Source: Candidatus Aenigmatarchaeota archaeon (GTDB lineage Archaea > Aenigmatarchaeota > Aenigmatarchaeia > CG10238-14 > SCSR01). Taken from it: 64,000 bases of DNA. Under the pieces are notes generated by a model. It was not told where the DNA came from and did not search any database. It saw only the letters and a list, made by a program, of their open reading frames with translations. The stretch covers positions 1 through 64,000 of the forward strand of contig JAVZHQ010000001.1 in NCBI GenBank assembly GCA_038998335.1, read 5' to 3'. Positions 59,661 through 64,000 of this stretch are shown here, piece by piece. The number at the start of each line of letters is the position of its first letter. Position 1 is the first letter of the stretch. The position numbers and the translations under genes are program-made.

Positions 59661-60905
59661 ATGAGAATTGCAATATTTTGTTGGGAATTCTATCCAAGGC
59701 TTGTAGGTGGCTTAGGGACTTATGCAGTAGAAATCTCAAGAAAATTTGAGGAAATGGGAAATGAAGTAACAGTTTTTACCTTGAATGATGGTACTTTAAA
59801 AACAAAAGAAGAATGGCAAGGAATAGAAATTCACAGGCCATTAATCCTTGACGTTAGCGATATTTTTCCTTTCATAGTTACCGAAGATTTAAAAAAATGG
59901 GGAACTTCAATAAAACTTTTTTCTGACATTTTTGCTTACAACTTGCTTTCAGCAACAAAGTTTGTGAATTTCTGTATAAAGAAAGAGAAAAGAAAGTTTG
60001 ATATAGTAGCAATTCATGACTGGCTTTCTTCAATTACAGGCTTAGCAATAAGGAAAGAAATAGGAAAAATTCCAATAGTTTTTCATCTTCATTCTGTGGA
60101 AGAACAGAGAAGCTTAGGTTCCGGTTCAGAAGTTGTGAAATATCTTGAAAAAACAATGGCTCAAAAAGCTGACAAAATAATTACTGTTTCAAACTCCATG
60201 AAAGAGTTCTTGATAAAACTTGGTTATCCTCAAGAAAAAATAGTAGTATGTTATAATGGTTGCGACCCAGAAAAATATAACCCAAAAAAAGTGAAGAAAG
60301 AGAAGCTGGAAAAGTTGAAAGAATATTACGGAATAAAAGAAGGAGAAAAAATGATATTTTTTATAGGAAGGTTGACTTGGGTAAAAGGGATAAAAAATCT
60401 TATAAAAGCTATGCCAATTGTTCTAAAAGATTTTCCTGAATCTAAGCTAATAATCCTTGGTAAAGGTGAAGAATATTCTGAGCTTGTCGAGCTTTCAAAA
60501 AAGCTTGGTATTAGCGATAAGGTAAAAATTCGCTCAGAATGGGTTTCTGAAGAAGAAAGAATTTTACACTATGCTTTAGCTGATGTTTGCGTTTTTCCTA
60601 GTATAAGCGAGCCTTTTGGTATAGTAAGTTTAGAAGCTATGGCAATGGAAAAACCAGTAGTTGTTGGGGCGGCAGGAGTTTCTGGGTTAAGGGAACAAGT
60701 AATTCCTTCTGGTAAGGAGAGAACAGGTACTCATGTGAACGGAGAAAGTCCAGAAGATATAGCTTGGGGGATAAAGGAAACTTTTAAGAATTTTGAAGAA
60801 GCAAAAAAATGGGGGAAAAACGGAAGAAAAAGAGTTTTAAAAGAATTTACTTGGAGCATAGCTGCTAAAAATACTTTAAAGGTTTATGAAAGTCTTGTTA
60901 AATGA
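59661..60905 (+). CDS. Glycosyltransferase family 4
   Basis: WEFYPRLVGGLG, HDWL, GRLTWVKG, PSISEPFGIVSLEAMA. Confidence 0.92.
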   Translation: MRIAIFCWEFYPRLVGGLGTYAVEISRKFEEMGNEVTVFTLNDGTLKTKEEWQGIEIHRPLILDVSDIFPFIVTEDLKKWGTSIKLFSDIFAYNLLSATKFVNFCIKKEKRKFDIVAIHDWLSSITGLAIRKEIGKIPIVFHLHSVEEQRSLGSGSEVVKYLEKTMAQKADKIITVSNSMKEFLIKLGYPQEKIVVCYNGCDPEKYNPKKVKKEKLEKLKEYYGIKEGEKMIFFIGRLTWVKGIKNLIKAMPIVLKDFPESKLIILGKGEEYSELVELSKKLGISDKVKIRSEWVSEEERILHYALADVCVFPSISEPFGIVSLEAMAMEKPVVVGAAGVSGLREQVIPSGKERTGTHVNGESPEDIAWGIKETFKNFEEAKKWGKNGRKRVLKEFTWSIAAKNTLKVYESLVK

Positions 60906-61026
60906 ATTACCAGTCTTCTTCCTCTTCTTCGTCAAAATCTTCTAAAGGATCCCATTGGTCTTCTTCCATCCTAATCCTAATAAATTATAAATAATTAAAT
61001 ATAAATAATTTATTATTAGTGAGAGA

Positions 61027-61155
61027 ATGGCTTCCTTAGCAGTAGACGACGAGCTTCACAGAAGACTTAAGATAAAATGTTCAGAGATGGGTTTAAAGAT
61101 AAAGGATGTTGTAAATCAATTAATAGCAGATTGGCTAAAAAAACATGAGAAGTGA
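61027..61155 (+). CDS. 42-aa ribbon-helix-helix (ParG/CopG-like) protein, not in ORF track
   Basis: MASLAVDDELHRRLKIKCSEMGLKIKDVVNQLIADWLKKHEK: beta-strand, helix, Gly turn, helix. Confidence 0.75.
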   Translation: MASLAVDDELHRRLKIKCSEMGLKIKDVVNQLIADWLKKHEK

Positions 61156-61187
61156 AAATTATTTTTAGGTTAAAAATTAAATAAAAA

Positions 61188-61964
61188 TTGATAAGCTTGA
61201 GAAAAATAGGAGTAATTTCTGGCAAAGGTGGAGTAGGTAAAACTACCTTAGTTGCTAATCTTGGTTTAGCTTTAAGAGAGTTTAACAGAAATGTTGCTAT
61301 AATTGACTGCAACCTAACAACTGCCCACCTAGGCTTTCACTTTGGTCTTTTCTACTTCCCTAAAACAATAAACAATGTTTTAAAGGGGGAAGCAAAGATA
61401 GAAGATGCTATATGTTATCATCCTTCTGGTCTTAAAATTATTCCAGCTTCTTTATCCTTAGATGATATAGTTGAAGTAAACATAAGCACTTTGAAGTATT
61501 TTTTAAGCGAGCTAAAGGATGTTGAAATTTTACTTTTAGATTCTGCTCCAGGTTTTGGAAGGGAAGCTGTTAGCGTTCTAAACGCAAGCGATGAAGTAAT
61601 TTTTATAACTAATCCAAACATAAGTGCAGTCTCAGATATAGAAAGAGCTTATACAATAGTTAAGGAGCTTGACCTAATTCCCTTAGGAATAGTTTTAAAC
61701 ATGGTTAAAAATGAGCCTTATGAGCTTTCAAGCAAAGATGTGGAAGAGCTTACAGGAATTCCTGTGATAGCGACAATTCCTTACGATAAAAATATAGAGA
61801 AAAGCCTTATGTTAGGAAAACCTATAGTTGGAATAAGCAAATATTCTCCCTCAGCGATAGCTTTTAGAAAGTTGGCTGCAGAAATTTTAGGCGAAAGGTA
61901 CTCCTTACCAAAAGCAAGAATTTTTTCGAGAATTTACGAATACTTTAAGCTATACTTTTCGTGA
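61188..61964 (+). CDS. minD: Second MinD/ParA-family ATPase
   Basis: SGKGGVGKTT, DSAPG, C-terminal amphipathic IFSRIYEYF; paralogue of 23070-23843. Confidence 0.85.
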   Translation: MISLRKIGVISGKGGVGKTTLVANLGLALREFNRNVAIIDCNLTTAHLGFHFGLFYFPKTINNVLKGEAKIEDAICYHPSGLKIIPASLSLDDIVEVNISTLKYFLSELKDVEILLLDSAPGFGREAVSVLNASDEVIFITNPNISAVSDIERAYTIVKELDLIPLGIVLNMVKNEPYELSSKDVEELTGIPVIATIPYDKNIEKSLMLGKPIVGISKYSPSAIAFRKLAAEILGERYSLPKARIFSRIYEYFKLYFS

Positions 61965-62002
61965 AAAGCTTTTTGAATATTAACTTCAATAATTTAAGAA
62001 TT

Positions 62003-62314
62003 ATGGAGCTTGAAATCTTGGAGGAAAGGGAAAACCCATTCTTTGAGAGGAAAGAGTTAAAGGTAAGAATAATTCATGAAAAAGCACCTACCCCTTCTAA
62101 ACAAGAATTGAAAAAAGAGCTAGCTTCAAAATATTCTGTTCCAGAAGAGCATGTTGTGTTAGACTATATTCTAAGCAAAAAAGGTTTGAACGAAGCAATA
62201 GCAAAAGCAAAAATTTATAAAGAAGCACCAAAAATTAAAGAAAAGATAAGCGAGAAGAAGGAAGTTAAAGAAGAGAAAAAAGAGGAAGTGAAAAATGAAG
62301 CACAAGCCAGTTAA
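62003..62314 (+). CDS. rps24e: 30S ribosomal protein S24e
   Basis: [26 protein letters not shown] at 62003. Confidence 0.9.
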   Translation: MELEILEERENPFFERKELKVRIIHEKAPTPSKQELKKELASKYSVPEEHVVLDYILSKKGLNEAIAKAKIYKEAPKIKEKISEKKEVKEEKKEEVKNEAQAS

Positions 62315-62465
62315 GCAAAGTGAGTATTATAAAATAGAAGGAAATAAAGTAACAAGGTTGAGAAGAACTTGTCCAAGATGTGGAGATTCTTGGTTAGCTT
62401 ACCATGATAATAGATATTACTGTGGAAAATGCGGCTACACAGAGCTAAAGTTAAACAAGACTTAA
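62295..62465 (+). CDS. rps27ae: 30S ribosomal protein S27ae (not in ORF track)
   Basis: [40 protein letters not shown]. Confidence 0.95.
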   Translation: MKHKPVKQSEYYKIEGNKVTRLRRTCPRCGDSWLAYHDNRYYCGKCGYTELKLNKT

Positions 62466-63128
62466 AGCTTCGGATATTCTTGCAAATTCTGGCCCACTTG
62501 TTAATTCTCCTATTACTGCTCCATTACTATTAGCAAACCCGCAAGCTCCTATAAAAGGTGAACCAAAGTTTGCTGTTCCTACATCAACGCTCACCTTCAA
62601 AACATCTTCTACAGTCTTAATTTCCTCTTCTTTAGCATCTCTGTGAATTACACAACCTTTGTTTGTAGCTATTCCACAAGCCCCAAGAGTTTTAATCTCG
62701 CCTATGCTTAAGTATTCACATTCCACGCCTAGCAAATCCTCGATTTTTTCCTTTTCTTTTCTTGAAAAAAGTTTGCTTATTATTGCACCTTTATCGTTAC
62801 ACAGTATTAAATTTCCCAAGGCTGTAAACTTTGTTTTAACAATTCCCAAATTAACGCTAAAATCTTTTTCTAATTGCTTTAAAAAATCGAACTCTTTTTC
62901 TGTTACAATTTTTGGTACAACTATACCATTAGAATTAAAGGAACAAAATATTCCAACCAAATCAGTTCTTGATAGAGTAACAGGGTAAACCTTTACTTTA
63001 AGAAATTCTTCAATTTTTTTCCTGAGGTTTAAGGGAATAAAGCTGCCTAACAAACAAAACTTATCACAAGCTTTTCCGTATATTCCTAAGTTATAATCTC
63101 CAAAAAAGTTTGTTTGAAGAATTTTCAT
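62451..63128 (-). CDS. eif6: Translation initiation factor 6
   Basis: [40 protein letters not shown]. Confidence 0.95.
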   Translation of the reverse strand: MKILQTNFFGDYNLGIYGKACDKFCLLGSFIPLNLRKKIEEFLKVKVYPVTLSRTDLVGIFCSFNSNGIVVPKIVTEKEFDFLKQLEKDFSVNLGIVKTKFTALGNLILCNDKGAIISKLFSRKEKEKIEDLLGVECEYLSIGEIKTLGACGIATNKGCVIHRDAKEEEIKTVEDVLKVSVDVGTANFGSPFIGACGFANSNGAVIGELTSGPEFARISEALSLV

Positions 63129-63374
63129 TTAGCTCATCATTTCAACTTTTGAAGTTTTTTCATCAATTTTTACTATCTTAAGTCTAAACTTTGTTAGAGG
63201 TTTTGATCTTGAAAAAATTTTCTTGCTTATAGAGTTATCTAACTTTATTCTTTCAGTTTTACTTACTCTTTTAACCTTTTCTTTCAAGATTCTCATAGCT
63301 GCCTTTTTCCTTTTCCATACAGGAGCTTTCAAAAGCTCTTTCCTTATGTTTATCGTTACTATTTTCTCTTCCAT
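63129..63374 (-). CDS. rpl31e: 50S ribosomal protein L31e
   Basis: TINIR..APVWKRKKAAMRILKE; position between rpl39e and eif6; ATG at 63374. Confidence 0.88.
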   Translation of the reverse strand: MEEKIVTINIRKELLKAPVWKRKKAAMRILKEKVKRVSKTERIKLDNSISKKIFSRSKPLTKFRLKIVKIDEKTSKVEMMS

Positions 63375-63376
63375 TT

Positions 63377-63544
63377 TCAAACCTTTAGTCTGGCCCTTCT
63401 CCATCTCTTAATTTTATCTACATCTATCCTTCTTGTTCTTGCTCTTTTAAGTCCAAACTTTCTTATATCTGCCCATCTTGGTGCTGTTTTTATCTTCCTT
63501 ATTTTTCCTAACTTTACTTTCTTTGCTAAACTTTTTATCCCCAT
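63377..63544 (-). CDS. rpl39e: 50S ribosomal protein L39e (not in ORF track)
   Basis: MGIKSLAKKVKLGK...APRWADIRK...KRWRRARLKV; conserved L39e-L31e-aIF6 order. Confidence 0.85.
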   Translation of the reverse strand: MGIKSLAKKVKLGKIRKIKTAPRWADIRKFGLKRARTRRIDVDKIKRWRRARLKV

Positions 63545-64000
63545 TTACACCAACTTCCTTATTTCTTTACTTTTTTCTCTAGCTATATCAATCATTTTTA
63601 ATATATCATCAAACTCTAATTCTTTAAGCTGCTTTTGCATCGAGCATATTTTATCATCATCTCTTACAGAGATGCTAAGTTTTGAATCCAGAATTTTTTC
63701 TTCTTCTATTGTTGGGTCTAAAAGAAAGTTTTTACCTACTTTACAAACCGTTATGTTTATCGGCTTAAAAACTACTGGCAAACTTTTCTCAAATTCTCCC
63801 CTTATTATTTTCTCCCCTTCTATTTTTGGAATTCTTGTGTTATGTAAAGCAGCTACTGCTGCCAGAGCAGAAGCATCTAAAAGATTTCCTTTATCATTTA
63901 TTATATGAATATCAATGTACACACACCAAACTTTTTCTCCTGGAGTGATGCAAAGCTTGTCTAATTCTATGCACTTAGATTCTCTTATTCCTCTATCAAC
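63545..64000 (-). CDS. rrp42: Exosome subunit Rrp42, 5'-truncated by window end
   Basis: YIDIHIINDKGNLLDASALAAVAAL, LDPTIEEE, SMQK. Confidence 0.9.
   Translation of the reverse strand, partial: VDRGIRESKCIELDKLCITPGEKVWCVYIDIHIINDKGNLLDASALAAVAALHNTRIPKIEGEKIIRGEFEKSLPVVFKPINITVCKVGKNFLLDPTIEEEKILDSKLSISVRDDDKICSMQKQLKELEFDDILKMIDIAREKSKEIRKLV

Noticed and set aside
22084-63908. Many short antisense or overlapping ORFs in the track (e.g. 22084-22476, 25166-25552, 39868-40293, 62659-62988)
   Set aside because: They lie opposite well-supported genes and have the Ser/Phe/Leu-rich composition expected from reverse-reading purine-rich coding DNA.
1-64000. tRNA, rRNA or further BHB introns
   Set aside because: No GC-rich structured RNA gene was seen and no other gene appears split; short in-frame introns cannot be excluded by eye and would need a BHB motif scan.

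Overview
AT-rich, gene-dense archaeal chromosome segment. The information-processing genes are archaeal (rps6e, aIF2-gamma, rpo7/spt4, rps24e, rps27ae, aIF6, rpl31e, rpl39e, rrp42); the tight packing and giant surface genes suggest a DPANN lineage such as Aenigmarchaeota (inference only). There are three zones. (1) 1-23843: a surface-structure locus with a >3550-aa beta-helix/LamG adhesin, two small secreted proteins sharing its C-terminal domain, two paralogous membrane-anchored proteins, a 2184-aa surface protein fused through a TM helix to a HerA/FtsK-type ATPase, a coiled-coil protein and MinD. (2) 23857-37458 and 62003-64000: translation/transcription housekeeping genes with pyrophosphatases and a P-type ATPase. 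(3) 37455-61964: a metabolic block (trunk glycolysis/gluconeogenesis and a glycogen cluster) with two free-standing HTH-LAGLIDADG genes. Most striking observation: the FBP aldolase/phosphatase gene is interrupted by a 23-nt insert (46651-46673) that folds into a canonical bulge-helix-bulge motif. Cutting at the standard tRNA-splicing endonuclease positions restores the frame and the conserved KADIGSLVGH motif, making this a candidate pre-mRNA intron in a metabolic gene, directly downstream of a LAGLIDADG endonuclease gene. No tRNA, rRNA or CRISPR array was recognised.
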